The notes: generated by a model not told the origin, from the letters alone. A stretch of DNA of 48,900 nt from Atribacterota bacterium (GCA_040767965.1 JAXGNR010000013.1:1-48900); one strand, 5' to 3'; shown: positions 1-9,549, counted from the stretch's first letter. Numbers and translations: made by a program.

Positions 1-2137
1 TTTTTCTGATTCTATCCCTAAAGGTAGAAGTAATAACATTCTTGTTCTCCCTTATATCCAATATGTCCTTATCTATGGACATGACCTCTAAAATATCTTT
101 TTGTAGTCTGGTTATATTGACAAATATCAAGCATTTACCTATACCTTCATACTTTTCTTTTACAAATTTTTCGGTGTACTCTGCACTAATAACAGAATCA
201 GAGATTACAATAACAGGATGAACTCCTTCTTTTAAAAGTCTGCTATCTAACAGTGCATCTTTTAATCTATCTTCATCCTTACCCCATATAATATCTACTA
301 TTCTGTCCTCGTGAACATCAAGATAAGGTCCTCCTTCTACCTTGGTCCTGACACATTCAACGCCATTGATGGTATAGAAACTTTCTTCTGGGTAGTTTAT
401 TTCCAATGCCCTGCAGGCACCTGAAAGAACCCTTTTTACTTCCTCTTTTCTATTTTTGCTTCTTTCTTTTACTAACGCTTCAATCTCTTTGTTTTTTTCA
501 GTATCTGGAACGTAGCCAAAATCATCTTTTTCTACTCTATACCTTTTATCAAGGCGGATTAAATAGGCAAAGTTTGGTCCGATATATTCTGCTTCTTTTA
601 TATCTTCTTTTTCTATTTTTTCAAGGATGTATCCATAGATATATCTTGCTGATTCTTCAATATCATCCTTCGGATACAACATCCTGACCTGGTCTAAAAA
701 TGTTTCTTCTTCCTTCCCCACAATATACTCATTTTCTTTTACATTGAGAGAAAAAGTTTTTAGGCTTCTCAAAAGTATGCCTAAATCAAAACTGCTTCCG
801 AAATTATTAACAAATATATCTCCCGTTTCTCTTTTGTAGCCTTGAGAATTGAGGTAAACCGCCAAATCATCCTTTTCTAATTTCACACAGTAAAACTCTT
901 TGAATAACTTTTCGCCATCTTCTGCCTTTGCATCCATCATGGCATTTATTTCTTCCGGAGAATAGTTTGTTTTCTTCTGAGGGATTTGCTCTAAAAGAGC
1001 ATGCTTAAGAATCTGCCTGAACCTATCATCACACTGGATATAGTCAAAAGCAGGCTTATCAATCAAACTTTCTTTGAAACGGTTGCTGGAGTTTAATATG
1101 GTTTCAAAGATATGTCCCGTATCCTTTTTGACAGAACTATCCTCCATCTTTTGGTCTACGTTATGCATAATAACGTTAAACCAGCCAAAATTACCTCCTG
1201 CTATGGTATAGGCTGCTTCTATCAGCCCTTTTGGATAATCGGGTATCATACCCTTCTTGTTAAGATAAGCGATATAATCCGATATATCTGCAAAGGAATT
1301 CTGAAGCATTTCATACATTTCCGTTCTTCTGTCTAAAGCACCTATCCCCTGGATACTTCCTCCTATAACTGTAGAACACAAAAGAAGATAGGAAACCTCT
1401 GGATATTTCTTTCTCGGGTCTTCATGTTTTATAGCACTTGTAATTACCTGAATTGCTTCTCCATCTATTTTGTTTACCAGTTCCTTCTCTTTTTCAATTC
1501 CATACTTTGCAATTTCCCCCGCTGTTTCTAATTCATCACAGACAATAAGGAAATGTTCAATACCGAATTGCTTAACATACTCCATTCCTTTTCGGGTTAG
1601 TTCATCCAATTTTTCTTTGCTTATAACCAGTTCACTTAGATTTACCCTGTCTACTTGCAGTAAATCTCCAAGGATGCTTCTATCAAACCCTACAGGAGAT
1701 AAGGCATCTTGAATGGCTTCCATAATCTTTCCTTGAATGCTTCCATCGGATTCTCTGCTTAAATAGGACAGCGCTGTATAAATGCCGTAAGCCACCCAGT
1801 TATCTCCAATTAAATCAGGATGGCACATTTGGGAATACCTTATGTATAACGGGAGAACCTTATCTTCAAAATTATGTTTAAAAATTCTGACTTCTTTTTG
1901 CTCACCATCCTCATTAATAATCCACCCTTTATCCATTCCAAGGGGTTCCGAGATAAGTTCGAAACCGATACGGGATTTACCTACACCCCATTTTGAAATG
2001 AGTGGGAATATTGTTGCCATCCCTGCACTTTTCATAGTCTTCGTAAAGCCTTTAAAAATTTCATAAAACTCTTTCTGCCCTACCATCGGCTGATTTAAAG
2101 GAAAATCACTGGTACCGAAAGGAGCCCATATAGACAT
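1..2137 (-). CDS. Large P-loop ATPase, N-terminal part (continues across the window junction to 46976; about 1353 aa in total)
   Basis: Absent from the ORF track, translated by hand. RBS AGGAGG, then ATG at 2137 (or 2143): MSIWAPFGTSDFPLNQPMVGQKEFYEIF...LISKWGVGKSRIGFE (Walker A-like)...HFLIVCDELE (Walker B-like). The frame is open to position 1 and joins 48900 in frame (RDRIRK-I-RDHFNLK). Confidence 0.85.
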   Translation of the reverse strand, partial: MSIWAPFGTSDFPLNQPMVGQKEFYEIFKGFTKTMKSAGMATIFPLISKWGVGKSRIGFELISEPLGMDKGWIINEDGEQKEVRIFKHNFEDKVLPLYIRYSQMCHPDLIGDNWVAYGIYTALSYLSRESDGSIQGKIMEAIQDALSPVGFDRSILGDLLQVDRVNLSELVISKEKLDELTRKGMEYVKQFGIEHFLIVCDELETAGEIAKYGIEKEKELVNKIDGEAIQVITSAIKHEDPRKKYPEVSYLLLCSTVIGGSIQGIGALDRRTEMYEMLQNSFADISDYIAYLNKKGMIPDYPKGLIEAAYTIAGGNFGWFNVIMHNVDQKMEDSSVKKDTGHIFETILNSSNRFKESLIDKPAFDYIQCDDRFRQILKHALLEQIPQKKTNYSPEEINAMMDAKAEDGEKLFKEFYCVKLEKDDLAVYLNSQGYKRETGDIFVNNFGSSFDLGILLRSLKTFSLNVKENEYIVGKEEETFLDQVRMLYPKDDIEESARYIYGYILEKIEKEDIKEAEYIGPNFAYLIRLDKRYRVEKDDFGYVPDTEKNKEIEALVKERSKNRKEEVKRVLSGACRALEINYPEESFYTINGVECVRTKVEGGPYLDVHEDRIVDIIWGKDEDRLKDALLDSRLLKEGVHPVIVISDSVISAEYTEKFVKEKYEGIGKCLIFVNITRLQKDILEVMSIDKDILDIRENKNVITSTFRDRIRK

Positions 2138-2148
2138 ATCCATCCCTC

Positions 2149-3204
2149 CTAATCTCTAATCTCCAACTTAATTAATTGATAATCTTTTTTCCCCAGCAAG
2201 CCCCTGCCGTGCCTGGGCTGTCCCTGCTCATGGTCTTTAATTATAAACTTTCCTTTGTTTATACCTGTAACAAAGTAATGGTCAATCCATTGTTCTTCTG
2301 CCATGGTATTCTCACTGTCAACCTTCTTTTTCAATATGGAGCCTACTATTCCTATTGGGAAAAATCCCCTTGCATCTGAGTATTCCTCAATTAATTTATG
2401 TAGTATTTCTATATCATCCACATCGGCTTCATTTACTAAACTTTCATATACATCAATACCTACATCCTCTTTTATCTTATGTTTATCTAAGATGTACCTT
2501 CTATCTTCGCTTTCAACAATCCAACCTAAATAATCAAATAACAGCATTGGTATTTTCAAATAAGTACTCATAGAACCTAAAGAAGGATAATCTTTATTAA
2601 CGCCCCTAAATTCTATTTCTTCCCCATCTCCAATATCAAGTTCCCTTCTCCAGAAATCTCCTAATATCTTTGATTGATTCTCCTTCATTAAACTATTAAT
2701 GTTCATTTCATCGGGCTTGTTGCTGAAAATGTAAAACTTCTTGTCATTTAGGGTTATATAAGCCTTTGCGAAGTTTTCCATATATCCTTTTTCAAAATAG
2801 AGATATCCTCCATTTAGCATCGCATAAGCAATGGTCCTAATTCTTATGGAATACTTTAATAATTGACTTCCCAATACCTTTTCCCATTCTTCATTATGTT
2901 TAAATCTTTCTACCAGTTCATTGGCACCCTCTGTAAGTTCATATCCATCTTCAATTTCCTTTATAAAGTTACATCCAACAATAGTTAAAGAGTCTTTATC
3001 TTTTTCTGCACCAAACAGACCATATACCTCATCAGCATTAACAATTCTTCCGCTCTCATCAACCTTATAGCCCAGATAATCTCTGGCTAAATCTTTTTTA
3101 CTGCTGCAGGGTATTTTCTTTGGTAAGGATTTTAAAATTTCTGCCCATCTTTCTATATTGGATGCCTTTACCCAAAATCTGTCCGTACCTATTTTTATAA
3201 TCAT
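2149..3204 (-). CDS. Hypothetical protein (351 aa) in the defence operon
   Basis: Long ORF with a 4-bp ATGA overlap with the upstream gene; its stop codon overlaps the ATPase RBS. No motif recognised. Confidence 0.8.
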   Translation of the reverse strand: MIIKIGTDRFWVKASNIERWAEILKSLPKKIPCSSKKDLARDYLGYKVDESGRIVNADEVYGLFGAEKDKDSLTIVGCNFIKEIEDGYELTEGANELVERFKHNEEWEKVLGSQLLKYSIRIRTIAYAMLNGGYLYFEKGYMENFAKAYITLNDKKFYIFSNKPDEMNINSLMKENQSKILGDFWRRELDIGDGEEIEFRGVNKDYPSLGSMSTYLKIPMLLFDYLGWIVESEDRRYILDKHKIKEDVGIDVYESLVNEADVDDIEILHKLIEEYSDARGFFPIGIVGSILKKKVDSENTMAEEQWIDHYFVTGINKGKFIIKDHEQGQPRHGRGLLGKKDYQLIKLEIRD

Positions 3205-4265
3205 AATGTATTCCTCAACTTTTCTACATAGTCTTTAAGGGTGCTTTTAAACTTTCTGGAGCGGTTTTTTATAATAATATCCTTTGAGTATATCAAGTCT
3301 TTAAACTTTTCATTAAGGACATATTCCCCATCTTTAAAATCAATTTTCTGCTCATCCATCATATCAAAAACCACCTTGTCTACTTCAGGAGCCTTATCTG
3401 GGAAAAGGTACATATCATTTTCCATGCAAAACTCATATACAAAATCATTGAGCCTTCCTACCCTAACTTCCCTGCCCTTTGTATTGAAGATGTAAAAGTC
3501 TAAAGGCTGGGTTGCATAATAGTTGGTGTGGTCTGTAGGTCTTATGGATAATCCTTCAAAACCAGCGGTCTGGTATTCAAGGGCTACCATTGATAGTATT
3601 GTTAAAAAAGTTTTCCATGGGTAAGAAAGAACCTCCGCTACTTTCTCTTCCACTGGAAAATCCCTGTATTCATAGGGAGTAAAGGTGTATTTATTTTTAT
3701 CCTTTAACTTCGGGAGATTTACAGATGAAGTTATCCTCCTGCCCTGCACCCATATTTCATTAGGATTATTACCCATCGGTGATAACTCCACATCCTCTGT
3801 ATCCTCCGCCAACTGCATGGTTTTTAGTTTTCTAAGGATTGAAGGATATTGAGGATAACCATTAAATACAGCCTGATAAAAGGACTTTATTTCTTCCGTT
3901 TCTTCTATATCTCTATCCTTAATGTTTAACATAGTTTCAGCAAATTCAGGGATGCTGTCTATAAACTCATATAAGGCCTTACCGTCTCCCCTTTGACCTA
4001 TAATACAAGCCTCTTCGTATACTTTTTTCAGCAACCTATGTAACAGATGTGGATAGAAACAAAGAAGTGAAGATATAAAATCTTCCCTGCTTACCTTTCC
4101 GCTGAACTTAATCCATTTTTTTGTGATAATCAGCCTGTCCTCTATGAGCCTAATAAAGTTTTGGTCTATAAGGTATTGTAAATCAGTGTTATTTTTTATT
4201 TCTCCGTAGTCGTATAGGCTATTTAAACTTTTAACTAACTCATTTATATTTATCAAAGGTCTCAC
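3201..4265 (-). CDS. Hypothetical protein (354 aa) in the defence operon
   Basis: Long ORF, GTG start, 19 bp after the hsdS-like gene; overlaps the next gene. Confidence 0.8.
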   Translation of the reverse strand: MRPLININELVKSLNSLYDYGEIKNNTDLQYLIDQNFIRLIEDRLIITKKWIKFSGKVSREDFISSLLCFYPHLLHRLLKKVYEEACIIGQRGDGKALYEFIDSIPEFAETMLNIKDRDIEETEEIKSFYQAVFNGYPQYPSILRKLKTMQLAEDTEDVELSPMGNNPNEIWVQGRRITSSVNLPKLKDKNKYTFTPYEYRDFPVEEKVAEVLSYPWKTFLTILSMVALEYQTAGFEGLSIRPTDHTNYYATQPLDFYIFNTKGREVRVGRLNDFVYEFCMENDMYLFPDKAPEVDKVVFDMMDEQKIDFKDGEYVLNEKFKDLIYSKDIIIKNRSRKFKSTLKDYVEKLRNTL

Positions 4266-4284
4266 CTGCCTTTGTCTTAAAACT

Positions 4285-5658
4285 TTAACTATTCGCCTTC
4301 ACTTTTGACATATCAAAGTTACCCTCAATTAGGTCTTCTACATCTTGCTTGGCTTCTTCAATTAGTTTTTTTGATGTATAAATATTATCAATTATTCTTC
4401 TATAATTCTCTGTAATTTTATTAATTTGATTTTCAGAATACATTGGAATAAATACTTTTACAACATCATCTTCATTAATAGTAGGGTAAGTTGAACCTGC
4501 ACAATAACGTTCAAATTGAATTCCTACAAAATTTGTTCTTAATACAGCAGTTAAAAATTCTACTGGAACTTTACCCTTTGATTGTAAAACTGCAAACCCA
4601 CCTGTACATATAGCATTATCATATTCTTTTGTAACAATTGATATTGCCTTCCTCGTAGGTCTAACAAGAGATACCAAAATATCTCCTTCTTTCACTTGGT
4701 ATTTTGCGCTTGTTGGAATCTCTTCAGGACGCAACTCTTCTACTTCATCAATTGTACCAAAACTATTATTAATACTACTTATCTCGATATATTTATTTAT
4801 ATTTCCTGTTTGATATCTTATTTTAGTTATTCTTACATATTTTTCTAACCTTACCTTGTTGTTACCTAATTTTTCAATTGTCGATATATACTTCTTCTGG
4901 TAAAAATTTGGGTCAATTCTATCTTCTATATTAATTTCGTTAGTCCAATTTATTTTTGAATCATAAATATTATATACTTTATCAGTTTCTTCTTTTAGTA
5001 ACATGTCCACTTCTAGCAATATATCAATTTCCTTCTGTAAGGTTTTCGCTTCTTCTCTCAACTCTTCTGCTTTTCTAACCTTATCTCCTATGTATTTTTG
5101 GATTTCAGGAGATGGGATGGGAACTTGAAACTCTCTTATCTTACTAATTGTCAAAAATTTTCTAGCAGTATTTGCAATGTTCCGCTTTATTGAGTTTTGT
5201 CCAATATTAGAATTAAAATAGGCAAATGCATATTCTTTATCAATTATTTCATCTTTCAATTTTATTATTGAAATATTACCTGAAACATTCTTCCCTTTGT
5301 AGCAAGGAAAAACCGATGCAAAAGTACCACTTGAATTTCCCACTCTACTAACCAACAATTCATTTCCTTCTAAATGTGAGTTTTTAAATATATCTTTATG
5401 ACAAGTCTCTGAAATTGCCCTAAAATTACCTTCAATTCCATTTAAAGTTATATTTTCAATCATAATCATTTCAAAATCCGACTTATCAACAAATTCAGGA
5501 GCAGTATGTGGAGGGTCAAAAATCCTCCTTGAAATATTTCCTAGCGTTTCTATTCTAAACTGATTGATTTTTTTCAAAGATTTTATGTATTCAGGAGTAA
5601 AAAATTGAGCATCTATTCTATCATCTATAATTTCTGAATGGATGTATTCAAAATACAT
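4285..5658 (-). CDS. hsdS: HsdS-like restriction-modification specificity subunit (two TRDs)
   Basis: Two repeated TRD blocks starting RIDAQFF and RIDPNFY, a VPIPSPEIQKYI conserved helix, coiled-coil spacers and GDILVS/YPTINEDDV motifs. 1-bp overlap with the MTase gene. Confidence 0.85.
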   Translation of the reverse strand: MYFEYIHSEIIDDRIDAQFFTPEYIKSLKKINQFRIETLGNISRRIFDPPHTAPEFVDKSDFEMIMIENITLNGIEGNFRAISETCHKDIFKNSHLEGNELLVSRVGNSSGTFASVFPCYKGKNVSGNISIIKLKDEIIDKEYAFAYFNSNIGQNSIKRNIANTARKFLTISKIREFQVPIPSPEIQKYIGDKVRKAEELREEAKTLQKEIDILLEVDMLLKEETDKVYNIYDSKINWTNEINIEDRIDPNFYQKKYISTIEKLGNNKVRLEKYVRITKIRYQTGNINKYIEISSINNSFGTIDEVEELRPEEIPTSAKYQVKEGDILVSLVRPTRKAISIVTKEYDNAICTGGFAVLQSKGKVPVEFLTAVLRTNFVGIQFERYCAGSTYPTINEDDVVKVFIPMYSENQINKITENYRRIIDNIYTSKKLIEEAKQDVEDLIEGNFDMSKVKANS

Positions 5659-7544
5659 TATTGTTCCTCCTCTGGCATACCCTTCTTATAAGCCTCCACA
5701 ATCTTTAATAAGTCGTTGTGGTCATCGCCTAACTGTACCTCTACATTCTGTTTTACAGTAAATCCTACTTCATCTGCTACCGCCATAAATACTGGACCCT
5801 GTTTTTCTCCTGGATGTTCCTTCTTTTTTAAGTATAACAGCGAAGTCTTTGCACCTGCTCCTGACAAAGCAAAGGTTTCCTGCGGAAGGCTTATAACCGC
5901 TTTCAGTATTGCTTTGCCGCCTTCAAATTCACCTGTTACAGGGTTTTTCTTACCCATGATGTATTCACGTACATATTTATCCCCTGAATTTGAAAGAATT
6001 CCATCTGGTACAACTATCATGAGAAGTCCGCCTGGTTTTAGTAATTGAAGGTTTCTGTCAATAAATAACACTGCTGGGTCTACCGAATTTACTTCTTTCC
6101 ACTTACCTCTGCTATCTGGCTTTGACCCAAGAGATAAACCATAAGGACTCATTCTATTTTGCCCATCCTCATCTATGTCAGAAGAGTAATATTTGATAAT
6201 TTCAGCACCTTCTGGGTTTTCTACGGTTGTTTTACCTTTCTTAATTTTTTTTGAAACTCCGGTTTTGGAAAACGGAGGATTTGTCAGAATGGCATCAAAG
6301 GTTCCCGGCTCAAGCCTTGTATTCATCAATGAGTTTCTAGTTTGGAAAATAGGACACTTAGGCGCTCCATGCAATGCCATATTGATTCTTGCCTTGAGAA
6401 CCATTCCTGGAGCATTATCCGCACCAATAAAACAGTGTTCCTTCATTTGTTCAAAAAGTTCTTCATACTGCTTCTTGTCTCCTGTCAATTTGTTTAGAAG
6501 GTAGTGCTCTATCTTCTGAAGCATCTTTATTAAAAATCCTGCCGAACCACAGCACAAATCACCTATGCGGAGGGTAGGTATTCCTGTTTTGGGGTCTTTA
6601 CCTATTAGTTTTGCTGCCCCGTCTTTGGTAAGGTCGTGTAAAACAATTTCTGCTGCTGCTTCCGTTACCTGTCTTGGGGTAAGATAGATACCCATACCGC
6701 CTTTATTCTCAAACTTTCCACGAAGCAGTACATCAAAAACCCTGCCCAATACATCCCCTGTTAAATCCCTTAAAGTGGCAGGTCTCTCTACACCGTCAAT
6801 TTTTATCGGTCCTAAATCCTGGAGAGCCTTTAAAACAGCAATATAGATGTTTGGATTCTCCAGTTTTATATATTCATCTGCACTAAATATGTTTGCCTTT
6901 TCCCCATTATCCAAAATAGCAACATAATCTGCATGGTCTTTTATTTCTTTAAAGGCTTCCCTTATCTCCTGGACTGCCTTATCCTTATGTTTTTCTACAT
7001 ATTCGTATCTATATATTTCGTTAAATAGTTTCCCTGTTACATTACCCTTAGTTAATCTATATTCAGGATGATAAAGCCTGAAGGTCTCCAAAAATATAAG
7101 TTTGCTGAATTCATCGATTACATCATTGGAGTTATTTACATGGTCCTTCATTCCATAAATCATCTCATGAAGGCCATCGAAGGTCTCTTGCAGTTCTTGA
7201 TATTTTCTTAGTGACCATTTGTCCCTATCGGTAAGTTCTCTTTTCCATGCATATAAGTTGCTTTCATCTTCAAAAACCGATGGAATTTCGGAAATAGCCT
7301 TTTCTTCTGCTACAAGCACATAGGCATTGCTTGTGCCATTTGTAACCCAAACATATGTAGAAATAGGGTCAGTGACCATTGCTTCATAGGTTATGACTGT
7401 TACCACTTCTGGCTTTAACTGTTCTTCGTCTACTTTTTTTACATACACATATGTATCCTTATGACTGGCTACAAATGTAGTCTCATCAATATCCTTTATA
7501 GTTCCATAGCCAAGTTTTGTTATTTTGCTCTTTAATTCTTGCAT
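5658..7544 (-). CDS. hsdM: N6-adenine DNA methyltransferase (HsdM/N6_Mtase-like)
   Basis: GIYLTPRQV, motif I DLCCGSAGFL, motif IV ILTNPPF, LKPGG...IVVPDGILSN and AVISLPQETF. Confidence 0.92.
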   Translation of the reverse strand: MQELKSKITKLGYGTIKDIDETTFVASHKDTYVYVKKVDEEQLKPEVVTVITYEAMVTDPISTYVWVTNGTSNAYVLVAEEKAISEIPSVFEDESNLYAWKRELTDRDKWSLRKYQELQETFDGLHEMIYGMKDHVNNSNDVIDEFSKLIFLETFRLYHPEYRLTKGNVTGKLFNEIYRYEYVEKHKDKAVQEIREAFKEIKDHADYVAILDNGEKANIFSADEYIKLENPNIYIAVLKALQDLGPIKIDGVERPATLRDLTGDVLGRVFDVLLRGKFENKGGMGIYLTPRQVTEAAAEIVLHDLTKDGAAKLIGKDPKTGIPTLRIGDLCCGSAGFLIKMLQKIEHYLLNKLTGDKKQYEELFEQMKEHCFIGADNAPGMVLKARINMALHGAPKCPIFQTRNSLMNTRLEPGTFDAILTNPPFSKTGVSKKIKKGKTTVENPEGAEIIKYYSSDIDEDGQNRMSPYGLSLGSKPDSRGKWKEVNSVDPAVLFIDRNLQLLKPGGLLMIVVPDGILSNSGDKYVREYIMGKKNPVTGEFEGGKAILKAVISLPQETFALSGAGAKTSLLYLKKKEHPGEKQGPVFMAVADEVGFTVKQNVEVQLGDDHNDLLKIVEAYKKGMPEEEQ

Positions 7545-7556
7545 AGAAAGTCCTCC

Positions 7557-7925
7557 CTATTCTTTATTCCTTATTAAAACAGCCCCATTTGGGTGAAGTT
7601 TGTATTTTCCACTATGTTCTGCAATCTTTGATATCTCTTCCGCACTAATAGTAATATGATTTGGAACATACTCCATAATCTTTCTTATAGGCGCAACAGG
7701 TTTCCCATCCATTACTTTATCTACCACATCCAGTACGATAGAATTTATACTATTTCCTCCTGTGCTGTATAAATCCCCTGTCTTATTAATATTGCTATCC
7801 ATAAGAAATAATAGTTGTAATTGTGCTTTATTCCATTTCACTCCAGACTCTTTTAACCTTTGGTGCAATTCTTCAACAGACTTAGGGGTTTTCAGTTGTT
7901 CATATATTATTTCTACCATCAGCAT
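7557..7925 (-). CDS. Hypothetical protein (122 aa), possibly winged-helix
   Basis: RBS GGAGG and operonic spacing; the helical pattern is only suggestive of a wHTH. Confidence 0.7.
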   Translation of the reverse strand: MLMVEIIYEQLKTPKSVEELHQRLKESGVKWNKAQLQLLFLMDSNINKTGDLYSTGGNSINSIVLDVVDKVMDGKPVAPIRKIMEYVPNHITISAEEISKIAEHSGKYKLHPNGAVLIRNKE

Positions 7926-7934
7926 CCACCTCCA

Positions 7935-8165
7935 TTAATGTTCCTTATCTTTTGGTGGACACGGGTCATTTCCATAACTGTCTTTACTCCTGATTTTGCC
8001 GTCTCTTCCTTGGATAATAAGTTCCGATTTCTGGTTTTGGGCAATTCCCTTTGCTACATTTATTGCTTGTTTTTGAGTATCAGTAACTTTAGTTGCTCTT
8101 TCGTTGTCTTCACCTTTAACAGCCCATTTGTCGCCATGTCTTACAACCCATTGATTTTTACCCAT
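7935..8165 (-). CDS. DUF2188 family small protein
   Basis: QWVVRHGDKWAVKGE...TQKQAINVAKGIAQNQKSELIIQGRDGKIRSKDSYGNDP is the typical DUF2188 pattern. Start placed at ATG 8165 after GAGGTG. Confidence 0.85.
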   Translation of the reverse strand: MGKNQWVVRHGDKWAVKGEDNERATKVTDTQKQAINVAKGIAQNQKSELIIQGRDGKIRSKDSYGNDPCPPKDKEH

Positions 8166-8179
8166 ATATAACACCTCTT

Positions 8180-9463
8180 TTAAAATTTGTTTTGTAACAC
8201 ACTTAAATAATTCATCATTTTATCTACTATTTGTTCTTCCAAACTACTTTCCAGTCTTGGAATTTTGATTTTTTCAAAGTCATTTCTTTGAATGAGTTTA
8301 TATAGTGTCCCTTTAGTAAACATGTTTACCTGGTTTAGAATTATTGGTTGTTTAAATAAAAACAGAAGATAGTAAGGATTAATTCTTCTGGGGACCAAGT
8401 TATATAGAGCATCTGTTGTAACCAAACCGTCAAATTTTTCTGTAATAAGTGCTGTTGCATGTCCCTTAGTCCCTGTGGCACTGCCTCCTTTGGCAGTTAC
8501 TATTTCTCCCCTCCTCACAATATATCTCATCCGATTGCTTAAATTGCCGTAAAAATCCTCATGTGTTTCTTTTATAATTGAAAAGTTTGGGTCTATATCC
8601 GCTAACAAAAAATACTTTACTTTTTGATTCTCACTTATTTCGGGCTTATCTGCTTTTTTTATTTCTACAAGTTCTCCAAGTTCCTGCCATTTTACATCAT
8701 CAAAATTCTTGTGAATTACCCTATACAGTTCGGTGTAAAAGTTCGAGTAATACTCAGGGTCTAATCTGTGACTGTCAAGGTATTCTGTCACATAAAAGTG
8801 TTTAAGATTCTTTTCTTCACCTTTATAATCAAATACCCTGTAAAATATGTTTTCTGCAGACCTGTATAGTTTTTCAGCCTCTGCATATCCTGTAGAATCA
8901 TCAGAACAATCTTCCTGATATGTATCAAAGTTCTCAGGAATTAGTAAATTCTCAACATCCTCCACAAAAATTTTATTTAAAATCCCTATTTTAATAGAGT
9001 TTAACAGCATTTGTCCTATGCTGCTTTTTAAAAAACTATATAGCCTTATACCTTTATCCCTATCCCTTAATGTTATTTTAATAATATCCGATGTTACTAC
9101 ACATCCTTCTAATGCTTCATTTACATAAATTACCTGTCCTGATTTGCCCGAGGCTGTAATCAATATATCTCCACTATTTATAATATCTTTTTCTTTTACT
9201 ACTTCAGGCTGTATTACTTTAAGTTCATTAATATATATAATTTCATTTCTTATGTCCCCAGGAGCAATAATCTTATATCCGTTTTTATTTGTATAATACT
9301 CTTTCTTAACCCGAATCCCACTTGTAATTTCTTTACAAATATTACTTAATGCTATAAGGGGATGTCCCTGTAGTAATCGCTGTATTTCATATTGCTGTAC
9401 TACATAATCATAAGAAATTCGCTTTCCATCCATTTTATCTGGCGTAATAAACATGCAATTCAC
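8180..9463 (-). CDS. hsdS: Second HsdS-like specificity subunit
   Basis: Two TRD-like halves (LSNICKEITSG...SGDILITASG; HRLDPEYY...LGELVEI...FEKIKIPRLESSLEEQI). Confidence 0.75.
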   Translation of the reverse strand: MNCMFITPDKMDGKRISYDYVVQQYEIQRLLQGHPLIALSNICKEITSGIRVKKEYYTNKNGYKIIAPGDIRNEIIYINELKVIQPEVVKEKDIINSGDILITASGKSGQVIYVNEALEGCVVTSDIIKITLRDRDKGIRLYSFLKSSIGQMLLNSIKIGILNKIFVEDVENLLIPENFDTYQEDCSDDSTGYAEAEKLYRSAENIFYRVFDYKGEEKNLKHFYVTEYLDSHRLDPEYYSNFYTELYRVIHKNFDDVKWQELGELVEIKKADKPEISENQKVKYFLLADIDPNFSIIKETHEDFYGNLSNRMRYIVRRGEIVTAKGGSATGTKGHATALITEKFDGLVTTDALYNLVPRRINPYYLLFLFKQPIILNQVNMFTKGTLYKLIQRNDFEKIKIPRLESSLEEQIVDKMMNYLSVLQNKF

Positions 9464-9520
9464 TTAACTCACCATCGTTCTGTAACATAATTTCCCCTCA
9501 TATTCGCTTCTCTTGTAAAA

Positions 9521-9549
9521 ATAATATTACTATTTTCAGGAAAAGTCAA
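9521..9549 (-). promoter_or_regulatory. Sigma-A-type promoter for the defence operon
   Basis: Minus strand TTGACT (9549-9544), 17 bp, TATTAT (9526-9521), upstream of the first hsdS-like gene. Confidence 0.55.

Noticed and set aside
406-8805. Many short plus-strand ORFs in the track (also throughout 29-48 kb)
   Set aside because: They are antisense shadows of long minus-strand genes, with no RBS or motifs.
1-9463. Calling the operon BREX, DISARM or classical type I RM
   Set aside because: No PglZ, BrxL, SF2 helicase or HsdR motifs were found on the circle.
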